Assembly: GCF_001194135.2 (NCBI RefSeq)
Contig: NC_068981.1
Coordinates: 83,084,316 to 83,145,170 of the forward strand
DNA: 60,855 nucleotides
DNA from: Octopus bimaculoides
Taxonomy: Eukaryota
Reading direction: 5' to 3'
Numbering within the stretch: position 1 is the stretch's first letter; the number at the start of each line of letters is the position of its first letter. The notes beneath the pieces were generated by a model. It saw only the letters and a program-made list of their open reading frames with translations. It was not told where the DNA came from and did no database searches. Shown piece by piece: positions 50,156 to 60,855 of the stretch. A program made the translations under genes and the position numbers.

Positions 50156-51059
50156 GAATGAATAGCAGAATAGTCAGACATGCCCCAGTCAAAGCCGTCT
50201 CAAAATTTTCTCTGGTATTTATACGGTGCATCCTACATTATCACACCATTAGTGTGCAATCTGAGGGAGAGTTACTTTCAACATTTAGTTCAGTGAGCGA
50301 TCAGGTAGAGGCCTCGCCATTGGCTTGTAATATTACAAACAATTTGCACAGAAAGCACTATATAAGATGCAGTTTTCTTCTACTGTAAACTTATATGAAA
50401 AAAAATTCCATATATGAATGCATCATAGCGAAAACATGACTTAACAATGTCAAAGTGACAATTTAAGATCAAGAACGGTCAAAATGTCCCTTACATTTAA
50501 AGAAACAAGCTTTATCTAACGCCATAAAACAAAGATTAACAACCGCGGTAAGTTGTATGACTTTCATCAGTTCATTCAAACTTTGTGTTTACGATTCAAT
50601 GTACTTTATTGCGAATTTCCTTTTGCGTTGCCGATTTTACAATTCGCTTCCCTGTGATATTGCATTCATTAGTCGTTTGTGATCGAATTATCGAATAAAA
50701 TCGATGTTATCCTTTTGCCAGCGTTTCTTTAGCTTTTAATCGATAATACACCTTCTAAAATTTACTTAACGGTACTTGAAGTAAATTAACATAGTTTGCT
50801 TCCATGCACAGAAACACATAGGCACACGAATACATTACACTTCATACTCAGTATACGTCCTTTGTATTGTATGTATATATGTAAGTATGTATGTATGCAT
50901 GTATGAGTGTATGTACATACATATATGCATGTATCTTTGTATGAAGTTAGGTAGGTAGGTAGGTAGGTAGGTAGGTAAGTAGGTGAGAAGAGTATGTATG
51001 TAGGTAGGTAAGTGGAAGGCAAGTAAGCGGATATGTAGGAAGGCAAAGTAAGTTGAAAA

Positions 51060-51315
51060 CTAAAAGGTTATGATGGAAAATTGATCATTTTGAAAAGAAT
51101 GATCTACAATACTTATAAAGCATTTCAGACACGAAGGATCGGAAGCTACATCTTCAAACGAGCATTTGTCTGCATCCCTAGACACGGTTCATGTTTGTAC
51201 CATATGCAGTAGGGTTTATTTACCCAAAGCTGGATTATCTAGTCATATGAGTTCTCGTAACGACGTTTACAAGCGTAAGAGATGGCTTTCTTCAGTAATG
51301 GAATGGCAATCACCC
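51060..51315 (+). mobile_element. 3' end of an RTE/BovB-like LINE (C2H2-like motif)
   Basis: VCTICSRVYLPKAGLSSHMSS resembles the RTE-BovB terminal motif C..C.R.F....GL.SH...H; followed by a microsatellite. Confidence 0.55.
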
Positions 51316-51321
51316 TGTATG

Positions 51322-51354
<33 letters not shown>

Positions 51355-51476
51355 GAGTATGCATGTATGTATGCATGTATGTATGTGTGTATGAATGCAT
51401 ACATGCACGTACCTAAGTATGTTTGCATGTATGCATGTATGCACTTATGGATATATGCACGTATGTATGTACTTAC

Positions 51477-51507
<31 letters not shown>

Positions 51508-51573
51508 TGTATGTATGTATGTATGCACGCGTGCATATGTACTTACATACGAACGTTCGTACGTATGTATATA

Positions 51574-51782
51574 CGAGAGGGTGCTGAAAAGTTTCTGAAC
51601 TTCAGGGTGTTGTGAAAGGCTTGGTTGGAGGCCCAGCAGTCTGATTTCGTTTACAGGGCTTAGAAAAACTCAAGGACCGCTGTAATATGTATATACATCT
51701 GAGACGGGAATATGGTGAATGAAATCATAATTAACCGATCCTCTTGTATTTTCTTTTACCCAAAGCTAGAAACTCCCCCTCT
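51574..51782. mobile_element. mariner-type MITE
   Basis: Left end TA-CGAGAGGGTGCTGAAAAGTTTCTG; right end (rc) AGAGGGGGAGTTTCTAGCTTT is a partly deleted inverted copy. Confidence 0.55.
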
Positions 51783-52772
51783 TAATAGTATATATTATCA
51801 AATAGTCGAGTATTATTCAATGTCAGTCTGTTACATTTAGTTTCTACGACGCAATATATAGCTACACAGATGTCTGGTAATATTTGTCATCATCTGTTTT
51901 GCGTTTTATAGAAAAACGATGCCTTTCATTTCCTTGTCTTGAATGAAAGTCACCGTATTACAAAACTATTATAAATGGAGGATGGATATGCATTCTATAT
52001 TCTCAATAGACGCTCATAGCGAAATGAAAATTTAGGCCAAATGTATGAGACAATTTTTATGTTTGTTTACTTTGATATGAACGAAAATTGTGCCTGGTCC
52101 ACTATATTTAAATGACTGATTGTACGTATAATAAAACTTTCATGGACCTTTTGTGACTGTATTGAATTGCCTGACAACTGTGTGTGTGTGTGTGTGTGTG
52201 TTTGTGTGTGTGCGTGTGTGTGTGTAGCATTGTATAGAATAGAAGATATAGCCAGAATAATTACCCCCACAAATACACATATGCGTAAAGATACGCACAG
52301 GACAAAGAATCACATTTGATTAACATGCAGAAAGTCGTGAGATTGAAACTCGCTGGAACCTCTGTATTTGAAGGCGGTGCTCCCTTCCCATAGTTTAATG
52401 ACATATATTCTGATGAGTTTATTGCAGTTCATTCCCGTCCTCACGTTAAATTGATGCTAATGCGCATTCCTGCACTTTTTATAATCGGCAGACCAATGTG
52501 ATATGTATAGACTTTTCCGTCGGAATTTCAATCTTTGTGCATCAAATTTATATGCCATCAGTAGAGTCCATCTTTTAGAGTAAGACTGTTCATGTGATTT
52601 ATCCGTTTGTGTTAGCACCATGATGTCTTATCCGGTAATGGATTATTATTATTATGAACATTACTTAAAAATGAGTATGCCATGTAAAAGACGTATATTT
52701 TCACCACCTGATGAGATACACAGTTTTCGAAATAGAACTTTCTGTAAAAATAAGAGGCTGCTTACGAAATAA

Positions 52773-53559
52773 GCGTTTGCGTTCGTAAGTTCAGATATAT
52801 CAGCCGCCACCATCATTCATTGTTTCTATCAGCTATTTCTGATTTTTGGACTCCCTCCTTTCATCTATTCTGATCTTGGTGTTGCCTTCATGTCACCAGA
52901 ACTGAGATAATTCCTCTGTGATAAAGGCATGGCAGCCAGTGGGACGACCCCATACAAACCAGCGGGGAATGATCAGGTCGAAAGGCTCAGTTCAACCTTA
53001 TGGAAAAACTTTAAACTGGCGTTGAAGTCTAAGGGATTGAGTGCGAGTCACTGGCAGCACACACTCGCTGATGCTCTGCATTCTATTCGCATCCTCTCTA
53101 CAGCATCTAACACCATGCTTGACGAGATAACTGTTCAGTTTTCACCGCCGCTTAACTTATGGGACCACACTACCAGGATGGCTAGTGAAGGGTGGACCCG
53201 TGTCCCTGAAGAAGCAACTGCGGTTTTCAAAATACGATCCAGAAGTAGAAGAGGTTGAATGCAATTCACAGTACGCCTTTGTACGCTTATCGAGCGGCAA
53301 GGAGGAAACGGTTTCGTTGAAACATCTGACTCTGGGGGAAGATGCGCAATTTTCCGATACACCGACCAAGCTTGATACCTCATCGTGCAAACAAGATCCT
53401 GTGAACGATTTCGAAGCGGAAACAGCGGCAGTTGAGACAGGATCCAGTGTTATCGACTCTGAAGAAGAAGCCAAAAGCGCAAAACTTGATAATCTTGAGC
53501 AATTGAAAACTGATCAACAGCGTCTACACTCATACAACTTGAGAAACCGGAATGTGTGA
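52773..53559 (+). mobile_element. Ty3/Gypsy integrase remnant (catalytic core to C-terminus), pseudogenised
   Basis: FGLPPFIYSDLGVAFMSPELR*FL..GTTPYKPAGNDQVERLSSTLWK..WQHTLADALHSIR, then GPVSLKKQLRFSKYDPEVEEVE..YAFVRLSSGKEETVSLKHL..HSYNLRNR. Contains the second D and the E of D,D35E; one stop and frameshifts. Confidence 0.85.
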
Positions 53560-53661
53560 ACCATCCGAAATACTGCAATGCCTCATATTATTCTTTCCAT
53601 TCTCTGGATACACACATTCACTTCTCACACACACATGTATTTTGATGAATAAGAATTTTAC

Positions 53662-53717
53662 GAACTCACCGTGTGGAACTCACCGTGTAGAACTCACCGT
53701 GTGGAACTTACCGTGTG
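53662..53717 (+). repeat. 14-bp tandem repeat x4 (GAACTCACCGTGTG), probably within the Gypsy 3' LTR
   Basis: Four units read directly; TGTG at about 53551 follows the integrase end. Confidence 0.85.
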
Positions 53718-54173
53718 GAGCAGCAGGGGAGAACGTGGTAATAATTACTTTTATTATTACTACTCACAGTTATTTCCCTTATCTTGCCAGCCAGTCGAAA
53801 ACGAGGTTTTGGAATGATATTTAAACATGGCTGACTCCTGATCAGAAAGATTCAAGACTAACACAACTAATCACGGATACCATACCCTCGTTCTTAGAAG
53901 AGTAAAGCCAACTTACGGTCAATCATTTCCCGTCTTCTATATTCAACAATCTCACCGGTTCAATAAGCAGATGCATATTTCCATCATAGTGGAAATTAAT
54001 GCTTTGCTTTTACTCTTTCACTCTAAACGTTTAATACCGCTGTTCCAAGTAATTCTAACTGAATATGAATAGCTCTTGACAACTGCTGTGATAAATACTT
54101 CCCAAAGACCAGTTTTTATCTACTCTATATATTACGAATGATCTTTTTTTTTGTTACTGAGAGGGTATATGTA

Positions 54174-54239
<66 letters not shown>

Positions 54240-54427
54240 GATTGGATGGATGTATAGATAGATAATTAGGCAGAGGTTTATAAATATGGAGGGCGTAGGT
54301 AAATAGTGTGACAGACAGAACGGATGTAGCTCGACAGCAGGAGGGAACAGGTATCTTTGCAGCACAAAAACTAGAGAATTTTCTGTCTGGGGTTTCGAAT
54401 CTTTGTACTAGTGGCATGTCTATTTAG

Positions 54428-54510
54428 ACACGTGTCATGTTAACGAGTGAGATCTTCGATATGCTTCCTGTTGATGACGTAGAGGCCATTTCCGTTGATG
54501 GAAAACAAAT
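54428..54510 (+). CDS. Candidate internal coding exon of an unidentified gene
   Basis: Acceptor TCTATTTAG|, donor |GTAAGT, 83 nt, one open frame TRVMLTSEIFDMLPVDDVEAISVDGKQ; non-repetitive. No homolog recognised. Confidence 0.3.
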
Positions 54511-54869
54511 GTAAGTAGGCTTAATTGATTTCCTGTAAATGCGCCCTCCTCATATGTATATCTCCATATCCCTACACATGCATAAGCATANNNNNNNNNN
54601 NNNNNNNNNNNNNNNNNNNNNNNNNNNNNNNNNNNNNNNNNNNNNNNNNNNNNNNNNNNNNNNNNNNNNNNNNNNNNNNNNNNNNNNNNNNNNNNNNNNN
54701 NNNNNNNNNNNNNNNNNNNNNNNNNNNNNNNNNNNNNNNNNNNNNNATATATATATGTGTGTGTATAAATATATATGCATATGTATGTATATATACATAT
54801 ATATACATGTATGTATGTATATATATATGCATAGTATGTATATATACATATATATATATACATGTATGC

Positions 54870-54900
<31 letters not shown>

Positions 54901-57900
54901 CATACATGCACACACGCGCACACAAATATATTTCCTTGTGTCGTTACGTTCATATAATCAAGATTGCATGTAAAATAAGAGAGATTTATTGGAGGGCGGG
55001 ACTAAGTGAACAGCTTACTACGTGCATGTGAAAGTGTATATGCACACATACACACACACAAATACACACACACACACACACACACACACATCCCACCACA
55101 CATATATATAAAGACACAACGACATTAGCACAAGAGAAAATTAAACACGTACACATTATGCATGTATTGCGCATGTTTGCATGTGATCATTCATTATACG
55201 GTGACATTATACACCGTAAATGTTAGAAGATATGATACTGAACGCGAGGAAGAATTTAGTTGTGATAGTTTAAAAATTGTATGGATAAGTAGATGGAAAG
55301 ATACTCCTGGTTCTGATGAACAAATGCTTCAACTCGCTCTCCACTGAGTTCTATGGGAGATTTTCTGAAAATAACAGTTTCTATGACCTGCTGCTTTTGT
55401 TGTCCCTGTTGCTGTCATCAATGCTGTTATCTTACTTTCTCTCTTAATCTGCCTCTTTCGATGCTTTTGGCAAAAGTTCCTTCAAGTATGTCTTATGTAC
55501 TTTTGTATTTTGAACCAATACCACTATCGCCTGTCTCTCCCTTTACCCACAAAGATTTATAGCACTATGGCATCTCTTGGGTCTGTAGGATTCATCTGAA
55601 TCTGCATGTCCGTGGATATCCTACAGAATCATAATGTACAACTTGCGAATTGGTGGTGTCGTTAAATAGTGGTGATAACTCTCAGGGAATCTGCTACGAA
55701 TCTTTTCACTCTGAGTTCAAACTCCACCAAGGTCATTCGTCCTTTCGAGATACATGAAATCAATGGCTGTGGATTAATAGAAATGTAGGAATGTCGAACC
55801 GGATATCTTTCAGGATTTTCTCCAGCTCTTTGGATTCTGAATTCATGTCAGACCATACCTCCTTGCGTGGTAGATTTAACCCATCGCCTGATTTACCACC
55901 ATCTGGCATTTTGGGAACCTTTATCGGAGTCTTACTGTATTGCAAGTATTCATGACTGGTTTACAGTTTAAGGATATCTTCCTCTATCCCTCGTATCTGA
56001 AGCCAGACCCTATGACGAGGCATTTGCACATCTGATCTACTTCGTGACTAACGCCTAAAAACTTCGTGTTATATCGAGGCTTACAAACTTGTAACGTGTC
56101 GCTCAAGTGTAAGACGAATCTGTAAACAGCATCATGGTAATGTCCATTACTGTGGCTCTCTTGATGTATTGCAGCACAAGTCTATGGGAAATTTGTTAAA
56201 CACCTTTATGGTAAAAGATGACGCATTTTCCCAAATCCATACTGCCATGATCGCATATATCAACGCTCATATATCTACACGCTTTGTATTAGAATTCTCC
56301 GAGGAAAGCCAGGATTTTTATCGTTTAATTTGTTTAAGATTTTCTTGAGAAAATTTGGTTTAAAATCTCTCAAAATCTTTCTTAATTAGGTAAAGCATAT
56401 AAATTTTTTGCGTTGTTAGCGTTTCAAGGACAAATATTTTTTAAATATAAATGTTTGACGTACGAAGAAATAAAAATGTGAGGTAGCGGTAAAGTTGTCG
56501 TCTACTCTGAAAAATAAACTTTTCAAAGCTAAAAAGGAATTTATTCGAATATCTATCGAACAAAATATGATCAAAGATTTTAAGCTTTCGACTCACACGA
56601 TACAAGTAATTTTATGATACAACTCTTGTATAATGCATAAAACGAATTACCTGTAAACGAGTCAGCGATGACAAAATTATCGGCAACAGCAGTAGCAGCG
56701 TTACATCGATGGAAAACAAAAAAAGAAAAGCACACCAGGAGCAAAAGCAATGTAATGAAAGGTGGGAAAGCTAAAAATGTTAATATCGACAAGGTTAACA
56801 ACAAGGTGGTTGTGAATGTCAGTGAATGGTTGAGAACTCAACAGGCAACACTAACATCATTATCAGTAATATCAAAGCAACAACAGAAAGCATCAAGGGT
56901 AACGTGAATGTCAGGAGTAGCAACCACAGGAACATAAGAAGAAACACCCACAGCAAAGAAAACAACAGTAATAATAAAACGCACATATGCAAGAGCGGCA
57001 AGCATCAGGACTAAACATTCGCTTCCGTTTGAAAATAAATATATTGAATATAAAGATATCTGGAATGATAATGCTTTGACTAAGAGGGGCAATCTTCTGC
57101 AGGGACATAAAATAACAATTTCAAGATGGGTGTTCGAGGAAGTATGTGCTTGAAAATGTGTGGGAGAGTATTTGGTACGAGACAAACTATAGTTCAGATA
57201 TCCTCGTTCCAAAGTTGAGAAAAAGCCAAAAGCTCTCCACTTTGTAATGTGTCTCTAAAGAATTTAGCCGGAATTCTTACTCATAAGAGGTGTGCTCTAC
57301 CACATCGACGATTTGTATCGTTCCACTTAGTTTAATTGGTTTTAGGGAGGAGGGAAGAATACATGGGTAGTTAACAGACATTTGATTATCCTTTCATGAG
57401 AAACGGCTGGAAATTCGGTTGGTGTTTCAGTTGCTGATTGCACTAAAAAACACTGCAGCTCTAGAGCTGATTTTACCCATACTCATAAAAGTCGAGCCTA
57501 GTGCCTCCATTATATACTAATATGAGCAACGATCTGCAGAATCGATATATCGTCGGATGGAATCGTTTGCAGTATTTGATTCGACTCTGTTCTTCCTAAC
57601 GTCAAATCTTGAATAGGCCAACTTTGCCTTTCATTGAATTCGAGTCGATAAAATAGAGTACCAATCAAGTACTGGAGTCCAAGGTATTAACTTAACTCTC
57701 GCCTGAAGACAGCTAAATCTTTTGCTTAACTTAGGAGTCATTACTGCAATTATTCTCGCTTCAAAGTAAATCGTTTTGTACCTAAATCAGAAAACATTAT
57801 TACTATTATTGACTGAGAGAGTAGCACACAGCAACAAACTGACACTGTGGTTACAAATATACGAAGCTCAATGCCTATCGCGACTACCCGTCCGATAAGA

Positions 57901-58051
57901 GTACAGAAGCACACGTATCACAACCATATTTACGCGACATGGTGATCTCATATCAAGATAAACATCCCATTCTAACAGGTCCCTGACTTGCAAGTGGGGT
58001 CAAGTTACAATTTGCTTCATGTCTAAAATCCATCCTGCTCAAAAGGTCGAT

Positions 58052-58430
58052 GAATAAGGGCTAACATCGGGCTACAACAAGTAGCCTTAGATACCAAGAA
58101 CCCTCCTAAGTAGCGTAGCTGTCTCCAATAACAATGTTTTCTGCAGCTGTACTAAACTGCGTTTTATGCCTATTTCCTCTATCCGTCTGTTCAAATCTTT
58201 AGGAATAGTCCTCAATGTACCTATACCTGTGTTGTATAGTGTTGTCCTCCCAATCATCATCTACACGGGGACTGTACTTTTCTGGACACACTCATTCAAT
58301 TGCGTTGCTAGTCTTTCATGCACTGCATGGCTCCTCTTCAGCCAAAAGCCATGAACCCTATCTGGTTCGAGGGCTTTCCAGTTAGGCACTTTACCCACTT
58401 GTTCTTTCACGTCACCCGTGCTTATGACAA
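58052..58430 (-). mobile_element. Internally deleted R4/Dong-clade element
   Basis: VPNWKALEPDRVHGFWLKR..MMIGRTTL joined to GTLRTIPKDLNRRIEEIGIK..LQKTLLL..LRRVLGI*; the 3' part is close to 4130-4246. Confidence 0.85.
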
Positions 58431-58488
<58 letters not shown>

Positions 58489-58527
58489 GGTGGTGGTGGT
58501 GGTGGTGGTGGTAGTGGNNNNNNNNNN

Positions 58528-58610
<83 letters not shown>

Positions 58611-58612
58611 CA
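58431..58612. repeat. (TAG)n(TGG)n compound microsatellite
   Basis: Direct reading; contains a 10-N gap. Confidence 0.95.
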
Positions 58613-58614
58613 GT

Positions 58615-59058
<444 letters not shown>

Positions 59059-59060
<2 letters not shown>

Positions 59061-60339
59061 GACATCGCACAGTATACAATATCGTGAGGTTGTTGATTGA
59101 AAATATTGTTTCTACCGGGGATTTGTACTGTTTGTCAAGTCACAACACGGGCCTCAGACAAACAATACTTTACGCAATATGCGTGCACTTCCAAGTAATG
59201 TCAACTTTTGCAATACATCTAGATTGTAAGGCATCTGTAAGGTTTTCAGATGTTTTTTTTCAGATTGGTCCGAAGACAATGGGGATAACCTTTATGTTCG
59301 ACTCTCATAGCTGTCACATCTTAGCAATTTCAATTCTCAGGTCTCCATATTTTATCAACTTTTTGTCTTTCTTTCATGACGATGTTTATTGACCTAAACC
59401 ACTTGAGCCAGTAGCCTTGAGTTCCGTCTGGTCCTGCCGCTTTGCAGTTTGGTAGTTTTGATATCTGTACAAGGATATCTTCCATTGTTATGCGCACATG
59501 GTCCTGTCGTGGAGCTTCCGGGTGATGGTGTTCGGATCTCACGGAATGAATCCACTCAGCACTTTGTTTGTGCGAAACTTGTTGCTCCCAGATGTTATTC
59601 TAAAATTGGCGGGTTTCTTCTGCTTCATGAAGTGTATTATCTTCGGTATTTCCTCCGAAGCCTTAAAAAAAAAAAAAAAAGCTGCCTCCGATTATNNNNN
59701 NNNNNTTTCCTCCGAAGCCTTAAAAAAAAAAAAAAAAGCTGCCTCCGATTATTTGAGAATAAATGGTTTTGCTGGAACTGCAATATGCGACCAGTGTAGC
59801 GCTGCTCCTTTACTGTTTTAGCCCGCATACGTTGTTTGAGGGTTTCGATGACAGTTTAGAAAACTTACTTTTCTATATGGTACTTCGTGTCAAGATATGC
59901 GCTTGCACTTTCTTTTCCATGTTTCCATTGCCTTTTTGACCACTCTTCTATGTGGCTCAGATCTTTACGTAAAGTTAGAATGCCGCCTTCAATTCTTCGC
60001 TTCCACCATGGCTCTTTCCGTCTGTCTACTTTCCGCTCTTTCTTTCCAACCAGTTCACCTACTAAAATTGAAGCGGATCTGATCAAGTCCTTTGTTTCTG
60101 TTAGATCTTTTGTCAGAATATATTTCAGAATCTAATCAACTTTTTGGGTCACGCGTTTCATATTGTTACAGTCGAAGCTTCTTAGATTCACCAGTTTGGT
60201 CACTATAATTCTTATATCCTCGAGTCTTCTGAAGTTTCTATGTTCCTCAGTCATATCCTCTCTTATTTCGGGGTTTCCTACAGTATATTGATTTGCCAGC
60301 CTCTCTTCCACTACAGCTTCACCTTGCCTACGCATTCAC

Positions 60340-60340
<1 letters not shown>
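59059..60340 (-). mobile_element. Internally deleted R4/Dong-clade element (pre-RT region fused to the REL C-terminus)
   Basis: KEPWWKRRIEGGILTLRKDL, LPNCKAAGPDGTQGYWLKWFRS joined to INIVMKERQKVDK/YGDLRIEIAKM..KVIPIVFG..LQKLTLLGSARILRKVL; (TAA)n on both flanks. Confidence 0.88.
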
Positions 60341-60410
<70 letters not shown>

Positions 60411-60411
60411 A

Positions 60412-60770
60412 TTATTTCATCCTTTCGGGGTCGATAAAATAACTACCGTTCAAGAACTGGAGTCGATGTAATCAACTTATCCCTCCCCCGAAATTACTCG
60501 CCTTATACCAAAATTTGATATTATTATTATTAATATGGCGGCGAGCTGGCAGAATTGTTAGCGCGCTAGACGAATTGCTTAGCCGTATTTCACCCGACGT
60601 TACATTTCTGAGTTCAAATTCCGCCGAGGTCCACTTTGCCTTTCATCCTTTCAGGGTCAATAAATTAAGTAGAAGTGAAACACTGGAGTCGATGTCATCA
60701 ACTATTCTTCTCTCCGCAAATTTCAGGCTCTGCGCCTATAGCAGAAAAGATCATCATCAGTATTATTATT
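60412..60770 (+). mobile_element. SINE type A 3' half followed by a full-length SINE type A
   Basis: TTTCATCCTTTCGGGGTCGATAAAAT.. at 60413; GGCGGCGAGCTGGCAGAATTGTTAGC at 60537. Confidence 0.88.
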
Positions 60771-60772
60771 AT

Positions 60773-60774
<2 letters not shown>

Positions 60775-60855
<81 letters not shown>
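60775..60855. repeat. (TAA)n microsatellite
   Basis: Direct reading. Confidence 0.97.

Noticed and set aside
52703-52750. CTGATGAGA..TCGAAAT hammerhead-like spacing
   Set aside because: Helix II has only 2 bp and I found no helix I partner.
53662-53717. CRISPR-like array (also the 14-bp x3 at 33400 and the 16-bp x3 at 19901-20367)
   Set aside because: No unique spacers of regular length, no cas genes, eukaryotic context.
55378-55485. Transmembrane-like stretch AFVVPVAVINAVILLSLLICLFRCFW ending at a GTATGT donor
   Set aside because: In-frame TGA at 55384 just after the only plausible acceptor; the hydrophobicity is explained by decayed (GCT/GTT) low-complexity sequence.
56660-57010. Overlapping ORFs rich in N/S/K or L/V
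   Set aside because: Decayed (CAA/CAG) low-complexity region; no domain signature.
59645-59755. Direct repeat of about 47 bp (TTTCCTCCGAAGCCTTAAAA..GCTGCCTCCGATTAT) either side of a 10-N gap
   Set aside because: Typical unmerged contig overlap at a poly-A tract; probably an assembly artefact.

Overview
AT-rich, gapped (15 N-runs), repeat-saturated eukaryotic genomic DNA, intronic or intergenic. The SINE families and microsatellite load resemble, from my recall and unverified here, an octopus or other coleoid cephalopod draft assembly. I find no intact gene, tRNA, rRNA or CRISPR array, and most ORFs in the supplied track are microsatellite or N-gap artefacts. Recognisable content: (1) about 30 copies or fragments of four tRNA-derived SINE types; (2) decayed non-LTR retrotransposons (four R4/Dong-type pieces, one HERO-like, one CR1-like, two RTE-like); (3) a Ty3/Gypsy integrase remnant; (4) Tc1/mariner, pogo and hAT-like non-autonomous elements; (5) many di-, tri- and tetranucleotide arrays. 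The most notable signal is three unrelated long inverted repeats (about 31.2-32.2, 38.4-38.9 and 40.0-40.8 kb). In each, the arms carry type I hammerhead-ribozyme motifs of the kind found in Penelope-like element termini, arranged head-to-head and pointing outward; several degenerate solo motifs occur elsewhere. Other oddities are an inverted pair of TTAGGG-like arrays fused by microhomology to a truncated R4 element, a mariner made of two 5' ends, and two tandem SINEs bracketed by a triplicated 16-bp site. All alignments and folds were done by eye.
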